From the NCBI GenBank assembly GCA_902524865.1, contig CABZEV010000001.1:6278-70277 (forward strand): DNA of 64,000 bases, in the 5' to 3' direction. The notes below the pieces were generated by a model that was not told where the DNA came from, ran no database searches, and saw only the letters and a program-made list of their open reading frames with translations. Position numbers and translations under genes: made by a program. The DNA comes from an uncultured Pelagibacteraceae bacterium (GTDB lineage Bacteria > Pseudomonadota > Alphaproteobacteria > Pelagibacterales > Pelagibacteraceae). The number at the start of each line of letters is the position of its first letter. The first letter of the stretch is position 1. Below, in pieces: positions 1-9,607 of this stretch.

Positions 1-265
1 TTTTAGGAGCCGAATAGTAATATAAATCTTGATAATCAATTTTAGGATACTTAGGTTTTTGCCAGTCAGGTTCTTTGAGAAGCTTAAATCTCTCAAATGC
101 TTTTAATCTAAAATCCAACATCCATTTAGGTTCTTTTTTAATATTTGAAATAAACTTAATTACATTTTCATTTAGACCTTTTGGTGCTTTAATATTTTCA
201 ATATCAGTTGTAAAACCGTACTTATAATCTTTTAAATTTTCTATATCTTTTTCTCTAGTATCCAT
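1..265 (-). CDS. sufB: Fe-S cluster assembly protein SufB, 5' part (runs off the window start)
   Basis: Manual translation from ATG at 265: MDTREKDIENLKDYKYGFTTDIENIKAPKGLNENVIKFISNIKKEPKWMLDFRLKAF...IDYQDLYYYSAPK, the typical SufB N-terminus. Lies 1 nt downstream of the Rrf2 gene. Not in the ORF track. Confidence 0.93.
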   Translation of the reverse strand, partial: MDTREKDIENLKDYKYGFTTDIENIKAPKGLNENVIKFISNIKKEPKWMLDFRLKAFERFKLLKEPDWQKPKYPKIDYQDLYYYSAPK

Positions 266-266
266 T

Positions 267-692
267 TTATAATCTTCTTTCAAAGTTTTCTTTTACTAAG
301 TCATCTAAACTTTTTTTATCAAAAAAATTATTAATGTGAGTTTCAAGTTCATCCCAAAGATTATGAGTTAAACATTTTGTAGATTTACCATTACATCCTT
401 TTTTTGACTCTTTTTTACATTGGACAGTTTTTACTTTTTCATCTACTGCATCAAAAATATTTGTTAATTTTATTTCTTTAGCTTTCTTATTTAAAATATA
501 TCCACCTTGAGTTCCTCTAACGCTTTGAACAATTTCTTTTTTTCTCAATTTTGAAAAAATTTGTTCTAAATAATCTAACGAAATGCCTTGTCTTAAAGAT
601 ATATCCCTTAGAGAAACTGGATTAATTCCATTAAATCTAGCCAGATCTACTAAAGCCATTACCGCATATCTGCCTTTAGAAGTAAGTCTCAT
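267..692 (-). CDS. iscR: Rrf2-family Fe-S regulator IscR
   Basis: MRLTSKGRYAV...ISLDYLEQIF...VRGTQGGY plus C-x7-C-x6-C-x2-H Fe-S ligand set. Start moved to ATG at 692; the ORF-track start at 740 lies inside the operator. Confidence 0.9.
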   Translation of the reverse strand: MRLTSKGRYAVMALVDLARFNGINPVSLRDISLRQGISLDYLEQIFSKLRKKEIVQSVRGTQGGYILNKKAKEIKLTNIFDAVDEKVKTVQCKKESKKGCNGKSTKCLTHNLWDELETHINNFFDKKSLDDLVKENFERRL

Positions 693-719
693 AATACAAT
701 ATTTTACTGGGGTATATAT

Positions 720-744
720 AAACCTGACCAAAATAGTCAAGTAT
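720..744. promoter_or_regulatory. IscR type-1 operator (autoregulation of iscR-suf)
   Basis: AAACCTGACCAAAATAGTCAAGTAT matches the IscR type-1 consensus ATASYYGACTRWWWYAGTCRRSTAT at 23/25 positions; 27 nt upstream of the iscR ATG. Confidence 0.8.
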
Positions 745-827
745 CATGAGTAAAAAAAAAGCTAACATTTTGTCACGCAGTTGTGATAAACCTATTTTTT
801 TTTTGAGAATAATAATCAATAACAATT

Positions 828-1484
828 ATGGAAAATAAAATATTAGAAATATTTATTCCAGGACCCGCAGGTAGACTTGAGGCAAAATATTATAAGAGTA
901 AAAAAAATACTTCCCCAATAGCTTTGGTTTTACAACCACACCCGCAGTATGGGGGGACAATGAATAACAAAGTTGTTGTAGAAACTTTTCATACTTTTAT
1001 GGAGAATGATTTTTCAGTTTGTAGAGTAAATTTCAGAGGTGTAGGAAAGAGTGATGGAGAATTTGACAATGGCCAAGGTGAATTAGCAGATGCTGCAGCT
1101 GCTCTGGATTGGTTAGAGAGAGAAAATTTTGATAATTCTCAGTGTTGGGTTTCAGGTTTTTCTTTTGGGTCATTGATTGCTATGCAACTTTTAATGAGGA
1201 GACCAGAGATAAATAGATTTGTCGCAATCTCTCCCCAACCAAATGTTTATGATTTTTCATTTTTGTCTCCGTGTCCAACTTCTGGAATAATGATTTATGG
1301 AAAAAAGGATGAATTGGTGCCTGTTGAACATATCAATGAACTAAATAAAAGATTAAGTGCGCAAAAAGGTATTAAAGTTGAATTTCAGTCAATCTCAGAA
1401 GCAAACCATTTTTTTTCCAAAAATGAGAATGCACTTTCTAAATCTCTTGATAAATACATAAAAAAAGAAACAGCCTTGTATTAA
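828..1484 (+). CDS. Alpha/beta-fold hydrolase (isc/suf-linked family)
   Basis: HPQYGGTM, FRGVG, nucleophile elbow GFSFG, catalytic Asp (KDELV) and His (ANHFF); divergent from iscR. Confidence 0.85.
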   Translation: MENKILEIFIPGPAGRLEAKYYKSKKNTSPIALVLQPHPQYGGTMNNKVVVETFHTFMENDFSVCRVNFRGVGKSDGEFDNGQGELADAAAALDWLERENFDNSQCWVSGFSFGSLIAMQLLMRRPEINRFVAISPQPNVYDFSFLSPCPTSGIMIYGKKDELVPVEHINELNKRLSAQKGIKVEFQSISEANHFFSKNENALSKSLDKYIKKETALY

Positions 1485-2626
1485 AAATTTTCAACTAAAA
1501 CTCCACCAGTTACTGATTTTTTACATCTAGTTGTATTTGGAAATGAAATAGGCATACCTTTTAGTGATCTTATAGCTAAAAAAGCAAAAGCTTGGGACTC
1601 AATAAAATCTCCGTCTAATTTATATTGATCAATTGAATTAAGATTTATATCATCAAAATTACTTTTTATACACTCTAAGAGATATTTATTTTTTCTTCCA
1701 CCCCCACATACTAACCATTTACTTTTTTTTGAATTATTTTTATTGTGAATAAAATTCATTCCATTGGAAATTAATTTAGCGGTGAAATAAGTAATGGTTG
1801 CAGCACCATCCTCTAATGAAAGTCCTTTTGCAAAAAAAATATCGAAATTTTTAATATCTAAAGATTTTTCAAAATTAGATTGTTCAGTAAAATTGTCCAA
1901 AGCCTGATTTAAAATTAGTTTGTCTATTTTTCCAGATCTTGCTACTAAACCCTCTTTATCGTACCTTTTTTTTGAATTTTTTCTCATCCATTCGTCTATC
2001 AAACAATTTCCAGGTCCGATATCACAGGCATAAATTTTTTCTTCTAAGTCCAAATTATTATATTCTATCGTAGAGGTAACATTAGAAATACCTCCAATAT
2101 TAAGAATATTCATAGGAAAACCTAAATTAAATTTTTTATTTAATTCATTTGCTAAAGCATTATGAAAGATTGGTGTTAGAGGAGCACCCTGTCCCCCATT
2201 TTCTAAATCATTTTGTCTAAAATTGTAAACAACTTTTTTTTTTGTTAATTGAGATAGTAGCAATCCATCACCCAATTGTTTTGTAATTTTTTTTTCTGGA
2301 TCATGAAATATTGTTTGACCGTGGAAACCAATTAAATCAACATGCGATTTTGAAAGTTCAAGGCTCTTATTAACAGCCTTAAAATGAAATAAAGTAATTT
2401 CTCTTTCTAAATCTCTGATTTCAACTTGATGTTTGGTTAAATCATCTGGACTTAAGATTTTATTCCTAATTTCAAGTATTTTTTGAGTTAATTCTTCATC
2501 ATATTGAAAGTATTTATCAATTAATATTGAAAATTCTTGATTACCATCTGACCTTATTATGGATACATCTACTCCATCCGATGAGGTACCACTCATTAAA
2601 CCCATTGCTGTATAAATCTTATCCAT
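1481..2626 (-). CDS. anmK: Anhydro-N-acetylmuramic acid kinase
   Basis: GLMSGTSSDGVD, GFHGQT, GGQGAPL, NIGGISN, DIGPGN, CGGGRKN motifs. Confidence 0.95.
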   Translation of the reverse strand: MDKIYTAMGLMSGTSSDGVDVSIIRSDGNQEFSILIDKYFQYDEELTQKILEIRNKILSPDDLTKHQVEIRDLEREITLFHFKAVNKSLELSKSHVDLIGFHGQTIFHDPEKKITKQLGDGLLLSQLTKKKVVYNFRQNDLENGGQGAPLTPIFHNALANELNKKFNLGFPMNILNIGGISNVTSTIEYNNLDLEEKIYACDIGPGNCLIDEWMRKNSKKRYDKEGLVARSGKIDKLILNQALDNFTEQSNFEKSLDIKNFDIFFAKGLSLEDGAATITYFTAKLISNGMNFIHNKNNSKKSKWLVCGGGRKNKYLLECIKSNFDDINLNSIDQYKLDGDFIESQAFAFLAIRSLKGMPISFPNTTRCKKSVTGGVLVENF

Positions 2627-2673
2627 TCTTATTTTTTTTTATTAAATAATGTATATTGTGGAACTATAGACTT

Positions 2674-3903
2674 ATGGATAAATTTTTAAAAGAATTTAAA
2701 GATAGAGGCTACTTCTATCAATGTACGAATGAAAATGAATTATCTAAATTTATAACTAAAGAAAAAATTAAAGGTTACATAGGTTTTGATTGTACTGCTG
2801 AAAGTCTTCATGTTGGAAGCTTACTTCAAATCATGTGTCTCAGACTTCTTCAAAAATATGGGCACAGACCGATTGTCCTATTAGGTGGAGGGACTACCAG
2901 AATTGGAGATCCTTCAGGTAAAGATAAAACAAGGAAAATTTTAACTAAAAAAGAAATAGATAAAAATACAAAAAATATTGAAAAAATATTAAAAAAATTT
3001 TTAAATAATCACGATCCAAAAATAAAACCTATTTTTGTAAATAATTATTCCTGGCTTAAAAATTTAAATTATATTTCATTTTTAAGAGAAATAGGAAAAC
3101 ATTTTACAATAAATAAAATGCTTACTTTCGAAAGTGTTAAAACTAGATTGGATAGAGAACAATCTTTAAGTTATATGGAATTTAATTATATGATTTTGCA
3201 AGCTTATGATTTTTTAGAGCTGAATAAAAAAGAGAATTGTTCCTTGCAAATAGGAGGTTCTGATCAATGGGGAAACATTGTCAATGGAACAGAACTTATA
3301 AAAAGATATTCTAGTAAACAAGCTTATGGTTTAACTACTCCTCTAATTACATTATCCTCAGGAGTAAAAATGGGAAAAACTGAGACAGGTGCTATTTGGT
3401 TAGATAAAAAATTATTATCATCATATGACTATTGGCAATTTTGGAGAAATATTGATGATAAAGATGTAATAAGATTTTTAAAAATGTTCACAGATTTAAA
3501 TATTGAAGAAATTAATAAAATGAAGGATGAAGATATTAATAAACTTAAAATTAAGCTAGCTAACGAGACAACTGCTATGCTTCATGGTTTAAAAGCTGCT
3601 AAAAGTTCAGAGCAAGCGGCAAAAGAAGCTTTCTCAGGAACTTCGCTTAGTTCAAATTTACCTTCAATTAAAATTAAGAAAACTGATATTGAAAATAAAA
3701 TGAGTATTATAGATCTCGTGATCTTATCTAAATTAGAAAATTCAAAGAGTGAAATCAGACGACTTATTAAAGGAAATGCAATAAAACTGAACGATGAAAT
3801 TATATCTAAAGAAAATCTGATTATCTCTTATGAATTATTCAGAAAAAATTATTTAAAACTTTCTGTGGGAAAAAAAAGACATTTAAAAATTGAGTTAAGT
3901 TAA
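2674..3903 (+). CDS. tyrS: Tyrosyl-tRNA synthetase
   Basis: GFDCTAESLHVGS (HIGH-like), QIGGSDQWGN, KMGKT and a C-terminal S4 domain; ATG at 2674 preferred. Confidence 0.97.
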   Translation: MDKFLKEFKDRGYFYQCTNENELSKFITKEKIKGYIGFDCTAESLHVGSLLQIMCLRLLQKYGHRPIVLLGGGTTRIGDPSGKDKTRKILTKKEIDKNTKNIEKILKKFLNNHDPKIKPIFVNNYSWLKNLNYISFLREIGKHFTINKMLTFESVKTRLDREQSLSYMEFNYMILQAYDFLELNKKENCSLQIGGSDQWGNIVNGTELIKRYSSKQAYGLTTPLITLSSGVKMGKTETGAIWLDKKLLSSYDYWQFWRNIDDKDVIRFLKMFTDLNIEEINKMKDEDINKLKIKLANETTAMLHGLKAAKSSEQAAKEAFSGTSLSSNLPSIKIKKTDIENKMSIIDLVILSKLENSKSEIRRLIKGNAIKLNDEIISKENLIISYELFRKNYLKLSVGKKRHLKIELS

Positions 3904-6086
3904 TTTTTTTTAATTTTTTCCAATGTTCTTGTAATAAATCTAGGTGTTAAAGTTTTGACAGGATTTACAGAAGTCTTTAAATTTTTTGGAGGGCCTTTGA
4001 TCTTAAAACTTACTCCAAATACTCCCTCACCAGTTTTTTTTCCAACTAATATTTTACCTAGTACAGGTAATGAACCAATAAAGTTGTTAATTGTTGTAGC
4101 TGGTACCAATGTACCCTTTAAACTTATTAACTTATTTTTTTCGACATAACCTTCCATTAAAATAGATATTGCAGGACCAATCGCATAAATCTCTTCAATG
4201 GTCATTAAATTACCCTCATTTTTAAAATTCATTTCAAATTCTGTAAAACGTATACCTTCTCCAGACAAAATGTCCGCGATACCTTGCAAGGATGCTAAAG
4301 TGAGAATCTTCGTTAATATAGGCAGCTCTTTTAATTTAAAATCGTAAATTTTTATTTGCGAAATAGATTTTTTTGATTTTTTTGAACTATAAAAATCGAG
4401 TGATCCCTCATCGAAACCCTTTATAAATTTATATCTTTTTACAAAAGGTTTTGCCTCATCAACAAACAAGGTGGTAATTTTATCATTATCAACACTATTA
4501 ATTGTGAATTTAAGTTTTTTATTTTTTGAAAAACTTCCTATTAAGTTGGCTTTTTGTATTTCATTATTTTTAATTGAAATATCTCCTTTAAAATCTGTTA
4601 GATAATACTCACTATCTAAAAAAATTTTTTCAATATCAATTTCCAAATTACTATTTATATCTATGATTTTTGACCCTTCATCATCATTTGATAATAATTC
4701 CTCAATAAAATTATCAGCGTTAAAACTAGATCCAGTTAAATAATATTTTTTTTTATCTTTTTTTAATCTTATTGAATTTTTTTGTCTGTCTTGATCAAGA
4801 TAATCTAAATCTAACTCATCTAATCTGGAAATTTGTAGTTTTTCGTTAAACACTAAATTTTTTATTTTAATAAAGTTTTTATCCTCATTTAGATTAAAAG
4901 ATTTTATTATTAGTCTGTTATTTTTATTTTGAGACCCTTTGAGATTTAAGATAATTTCATTTTTCTGATTTTTTTTGTAATTAAAAAAATCAAATTTAAA
5001 AGGGTTATCTTTTATTCTTAAAATTACTTCAAAGTTTTTAGTTTTATTCTTATTTGAAAAAAAATAATCTATGTCATCATTGTCAACTTGATATAACAGG
5101 TTTCCATTTCCCTCAATAGTAAAATTATTCTTTTCATATTTTAATTTTATTTTTTGATCTAAAAGAGAAATTGTTTTTTTTTGTTTAGGAAAGTATCTTT
5201 TTAATTCTAAATTATTAGGTATTATTAATTCATGAACTAATATTTCTGAATTAATTTTGAAATTTTCAAATTTAAATCCCTTTTGTATTTCAAAAGAAAA
5301 ATTATTATTGGAAGTTAATGATATTTTTTCTATTTCAAAATTTGGTAAAAATGGTTTGACTAATAAATCTATATTTCTTTTATCTAAATCAGACTTTTTA
5401 TGCGCAAAAGTGCCATCTACAAAAAAATTATTATTCTTTTTATTTATTGATAATTTTTCAGAGTAAAATCCTATTTTATCAAATTTAAAATTAAGATCTT
5501 TAACTAAAAAATTATTTCTACTATAATCAAAAATAAAGTCTAATTTTTGTAGATTGTATTTTTTCAATACATTTAATTCAACATCTTTTACAATACCATT
5601 AATCTCATAATTGCTCTTAATTTTTCCATTTGAATCAAATTCTAACTTTATATCAGCAATCAAATATCCTTTTTTAATGCCTTTTTCCATTATGAACAGT
5701 TCAGGAGTATTTTGAAATAATCTTAAAAAAGAAATTAAGTTTTTTAACTCAAGAGATTTTGATGAAATCTCTAAATTTTCAATTAAAAACTTATCTTCTA
5801 TTAAGGACTTTATCGAAATTTGTGTTTTTATATTCTCAATTTCTATTTTTTTACTTTGATTTATTAAATTTGTGCCAATTGTTTTGGCTTGAAGTTTTAA
5901 TTGAAATGGATCTAAAATTAATTTTATTTCTTTTAGTTCAATCTCTAAATTTTTATCAAGTTTTCGAATTTTTTCTGTTATTTGATCATTAAATTTATCA
6001 GTCTCAACTCCAAAAATGCTTAGGTACGTTAAACTAATAAATATTAACAATAATATTGTTATAAAAAGTTTAAGAAATATTTTCAT
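3900..6086 (-). CDS. AsmA-like / YhdP-type intermembrane lipid-transport protein
   Basis: N-terminal TM anchor, long beta-rich body, C-terminal AsmA_2-type motif GTLVPATTINNFIGSLPVLGKIL...GVFGVSFKIKGP...VNPV. Confidence 0.7.
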   Translation of the reverse strand: MKIFLKLFITILLLIFISLTYLSIFGVETDKFNDQITEKIRKLDKNLEIELKEIKLILDPFQLKLQAKTIGTNLINQSKKIEIENIKTQISIKSLIEDKFLIENLEISSKSLELKNLISFLRLFQNTPELFIMEKGIKKGYLIADIKLEFDSNGKIKSNYEINGIVKDVELNVLKKYNLQKLDFIFDYSRNNFLVKDLNFKFDKIGFYSEKLSINKKNNNFFVDGTFAHKKSDLDKRNIDLLVKPFLPNFEIEKISLTSNNNFSFEIQKGFKFENFKINSEILVHELIIPNNLELKRYFPKQKKTISLLDQKIKLKYEKNNFTIEGNGNLLYQVDNDDIDYFFSNKNKTKNFEVILRIKDNPFKFDFFNYKKNQKNEIILNLKGSQNKNNRLIIKSFNLNEDKNFIKIKNLVFNEKLQISRLDELDLDYLDQDRQKNSIRLKKDKKKYYLTGSSFNADNFIEELLSNDDEGSKIIDINSNLEIDIEKIFLDSEYYLTDFKGDISIKNNEIQKANLIGSFSKNKKLKFTINSVDNDKITTLFVDEAKPFVKRYKFIKGFDEGSLDFYSSKKSKKSISQIKIYDFKLKELPILTKILTLASLQGIADILSGEGIRFTEFEMNFKNEGNLMTIEEIYAIGPAISILMEGYVEKNKLISLKGTLVPATTINNFIGSLPVLGKILVGKKTGEGVFGVSFKIKGPPKNLKTSVNPVKTLTPRFITRTLEKIKKN

Positions 6087-7178
6087 TATGCCTGATACAG
6101 CGATTGTTCTAAAAATTCGTCAATTTCCCCATCTAAAATCTTGTCTGGATTAGAGCTTTCAAAGTTCGATCTATTATCTTTTACTAATCTATAGGGTTGC
6201 AAAACATAAGATCTTATTTGATGTCCCCAACCTATTTCAGATTTCGATGACTCGGTATTTTCATTTTCTTTTTCTTTTTTTTTGATCTTAAAATCATAGA
6301 GTCTTGCTTTAAGCATATTCATGCATGTTTCTTTATTTTTATGTTGTGATCTTTCATTTTGACATTGAACTACAATTTTAGATGGTAAATGAGTAATTCT
6401 AACTGCACTATCGGTTGTATTAACATGTTGACCACCAGCGCCACTAGATCTGTAAGTGTCTATTCTCAAATCTTTATCTAGAATTTCAATATTAATATTT
6501 TCATCCACCACTGGATAAACCCAAATACTAGCAAAACTAGTATGACGTCTTGCGCCTGAGTCAAATGGCGAAATTCTTACTAATCTGTGAATTCCAGACT
6601 CTTTTTTTAACCAACCAAATACATAATCACCTTCTATTTTTATTGTTGAGGATTTTATTCCCGCCTCATCACCTTTGTGTTCACTTATTAATGTTGACTT
6701 AAAATTTTTGTTGTCAGACCATTTTAAATACATTCTTCTCAACATATCTGCCCAATCTTGACTTTCAGTGCCTCCAGCACCAGCATGAATTTCGATATAA
6801 CAATCAAAAGTGTCAGTCTCATTTGATAAAAAGCAATTTATTTCATTTTTTTTTGCTAATTTTCTTAAATTTTTAATATTTTCTAAAGCTTCATTTTGTA
6901 TATTTGTATTATTTTCCTCCAAAGCTAATTCATACAAATCACTTAAATCATTTAATTTATTTAAAGAACTTTTGTGAGAATTTATCAAGTCCTCATACAA
7001 TTTTTTTTCTTTAAGTATTTTTTTTGAATAAGACTTATCCTGCCAAAAATCAGGATTAAGAATTGTTTTATTATGACTTTGTAATTTTAAATCTATCTTA
7101 TTCTTATCAAAGATACTCCTTAACTCTTTGATTTATTTTTTCTATCTCTTTTTTATAATCTGTATATTTATGATCCAT
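6086..7178 (-). CDS. prfB: Peptide chain release factor 2, +1 programmed frameshift (about 363 aa)
   Basis: SPF and GGQ motifs. The upstream 23-codon frame MDHKYTDYKKEIEKINQRVKEYL (ATG 7178) ends CTT TGA; the +1 frame (DKNKIDLKLQ...PDFWQDK) is open into the 6086..7000 ORF. Confidence 0.95.
7106..7121 (-). promoter_or_regulatory. prfB frameshift signal: internal SD plus slippery codon/stop
   Basis: Minus strand reads AAGGAG TAT CTT TGA T: SD, 3-nt spacer, CUU-UGA, as in canonical RF2 autoregulation. Confidence 0.92.
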
Positions 7179-9514
7179 TAATAAAACTTTAATATATTAT
7201 TCGTATCTAATCTATTATTATTTGAATATAACACTCTACCATCAATAACATTCTTGCTTTTATATGCTTCTAAAATTGTATCTTTAGATGAAAATTTTGC
7301 TTTTTGACCTGTTGTCGGGTCAACTACCATCATCGTAATCTCATCAGCAACTTTAAATGGTCGAGCGTCAGATTTTTTTATAGCTGATTCGATAAATTTC
7401 TTAAAAATTGGTAAAGCTGTTTTTGAACCAGTTTCAAATTTACCTAGGGGTTGTGGATTATCCATTCCAACATAAACTCCTATAACGTAATTTGAAGTGT
7501 AACCAATAAACCATGCATCAGTGTTCTTATTAGTTGTTCCTGTTTTGCCTGCGAGATTCAAATTTAGATTTCTTAATTTTTTTCCTGTACCTCTTTTTAC
7601 TACACCTTCTAATAAAGAAGTAATTTGGTAGGCTGTTTGTGGGGAAAATATCTGTTTAAAATTATCTCCTACATCAGGAAAGTCTTTTCCGGTATATGAA
7701 AGTTTATCACAATTTAAGCATGATCTATTTTCATTGTTTAAAATTGTATTTCCTTCACTATCCTGAACACGATCAATCAAAATTGGTGAAACTAATTTAC
7801 CTCCATTTACAAAAGCTGAATATGCAGAAGTAAGTTTTAACAGAGTTGTTTCAGCAGAACCCAGAGAAATGGATAAAAGCTCATCGGGATTTTCATAAAT
7901 GCCAAGATTTTTAGAGAATTTAGCAACTTTATCTACACCTAGATTCTGTGCAATTCTTACTGTCATTAAATTTCGTGACTTTTCCAAACCAATTCTCAAA
8001 GTTGACAATCCATAAAATTTTTTTCCATAATTTTCCGGCTTCCACATTTTTAAATCAGTTCCTTGATCTAAGACTAATGGCGCATCTAAAACTAATGAAG
8101 AAGGTGTATAATTATTTTCAAGAGCTAAGGCGTAAACAAATGGTTTAAATGCTGAACCGGGTTGGCGCAGAGCTTGTGAGGCCCTATTAAACTCACTATT
8201 TTTAAAACTAAATCCGCCACTTAGTGCAACGACTCTACCTGTGAAAGGATCGATTACAACTATACCACCATTTATTTTTGGTAATTGTTTAAGGCTAAAC
8301 TTATTATTTCTTATATTTTTTACATAAATTATATCCCCCACTATAAAAAGGTCATCTAATTCTTTTTTAGTCCAAGAAATATTATTGTAATCTATGATTC
8401 CTTCAATTTTATCTTTTGTTTCTATTTCTATAGAAAATTTAGAAATTTTTTTAATTATCGCAATTTTCCAATCAATAGAATTCTCTAAATCATATTTATC
8501 TAAACCAACAGACCAATTTTTAGAATATGGTTTATTTAACAATGGACCACGCCAACCTTTGCGTTGATCATATTTAATTAATCCATTTCTTAAAGAGTTT
8601 GTTGCAATTTTTTGTAATTCTAGATTTATTGGCGTGTTTATATTAAATCCTTGGTTATAAACTTTTTCATATGATAAAACTTCAATAATATTTTTTCTTA
8701 CGTCTTCAATATAATATTGAGCATCTTCTAAATAAACTCTTTTAGTTTTTTTTAATTGAATATTTTTTTTTCTGAAATTTTGATAATCTTTCTCTGTTAT
8801 GAAATTATTGTCTAACAAGTTTTTTAAAACTAAATCTCTTCTAAATTTTGCTAATTCTATATTTCTATATGGATTATATTTACTTGGCGCCTTAGGCAAT
8901 GCAGCTAATAAAGCAGCTTCTTCATAATTCAGTTCTTTTATTGATTTATCAAAATATTCTAGACTTGCAGCAGCCACTCCATAAGCCCCACTGCCGAGGT
9001 AAATTTGATTTAAATATAACTCAAGTATTCTTTCTTTGGATAGTGCTCTTTCAATTCTAAATGCTAAAATGGCTTCTTTAATCTTCCTGTTCAAACTGAC
9101 TTCATTAGTTAAAAGAAAGTTTTTTGCTACTTGTTGCGTAATTGTTGAAGCGCCTTCTAGTCTTTTAGATGTAAGAACATTTTTAACGTTATTTATGATT
9201 GCTCGTAAAACCCCTTTGGCATCAACCCCTGGATGAGAAAAAAAATTTTTATCTTCAGCGGATAAGAAAGCATTAGTAACATTTTTAGGAATTGAACCAT
9301 AAGGAATAAAAATTCTCTTCTCTTTTGAAAAATCTGCAACTAAATCACCATTTCCAGAGTAAACCTTGCTTGAGACAGGAGGTTTGTAATTTTTTAAAAA
9401 TTTGTAGTCAGGTATATTGTTAGAAAAATTCCATAAAATACCTAAAACAATTATTGATGAAATTAATGAAAAACTAATAAAACCAATAAATAAATTCTTT
9501 AAAATTTTGCTCAT
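7178..9514 (-). CDS. mrcA: Penicillin-binding protein 1A
   Basis: Transglycosylase motifs EDKNFFSHPGVD and GASTITQQVAKN; transpeptidase motifs SAFK, SRN, KTG. Confidence 0.96.
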   Translation of the reverse strand: MSKILKNLFIGFISFSLISSIIVLGILWNFSNNIPDYKFLKNYKPPVSSKVYSGNGDLVADFSKEKRIFIPYGSIPKNVTNAFLSAEDKNFFSHPGVDAKGVLRAIINNVKNVLTSKRLEGASTITQQVAKNFLLTNEVSLNRKIKEAILAFRIERALSKERILELYLNQIYLGSGAYGVAAASLEYFDKSIKELNYEEAALLAALPKAPSKYNPYRNIELAKFRRDLVLKNLLDNNFITEKDYQNFRKKNIQLKKTKRVYLEDAQYYIEDVRKNIIEVLSYEKVYNQGFNINTPINLELQKIATNSLRNGLIKYDQRKGWRGPLLNKPYSKNWSVGLDKYDLENSIDWKIAIIKKISKFSIEIETKDKIEGIIDYNNISWTKKELDDLFIVGDIIYVKNIRNNKFSLKQLPKINGGIVVIDPFTGRVVALSGGFSFKNSEFNRASQALRQPGSAFKPFVYALALENNYTPSSLVLDAPLVLDQGTDLKMWKPENYGKKFYGLSTLRIGLEKSRNLMTVRIAQNLGVDKVAKFSKNLGIYENPDELLSISLGSAETTLLKLTSAYSAFVNGGKLVSPILIDRVQDSEGNTILNNENRSCLNCDKLSYTGKDFPDVGDNFKQIFSPQTAYQITSLLEGVVKRGTGKKLRNLNLNLAGKTGTTNKNTDAWFIGYTSNYVIGVYVGMDNPQPLGKFETGSKTALPIFKKFIESAIKKSDARPFKVADEITMMVVDPTTGQKAKFSSKDTILEAYKSKNVIDGRVLYSNNNRLDTNNILKFY

Positions 9515-9607
9515 TTTGTTTCCATTATATAAAGGAATTTGTTAAAGTTAAGGCATAAGAATACAGACAAAATTTTAATAATTTATGAATCAATCAAAAA
9601 ATATGTT

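Noticed and set aside
6086-7178. prfB as truncated or a pseudogene
   Set aside because: The internal stop sits in a canonical SD-CUU-UGA programmed frameshift site.
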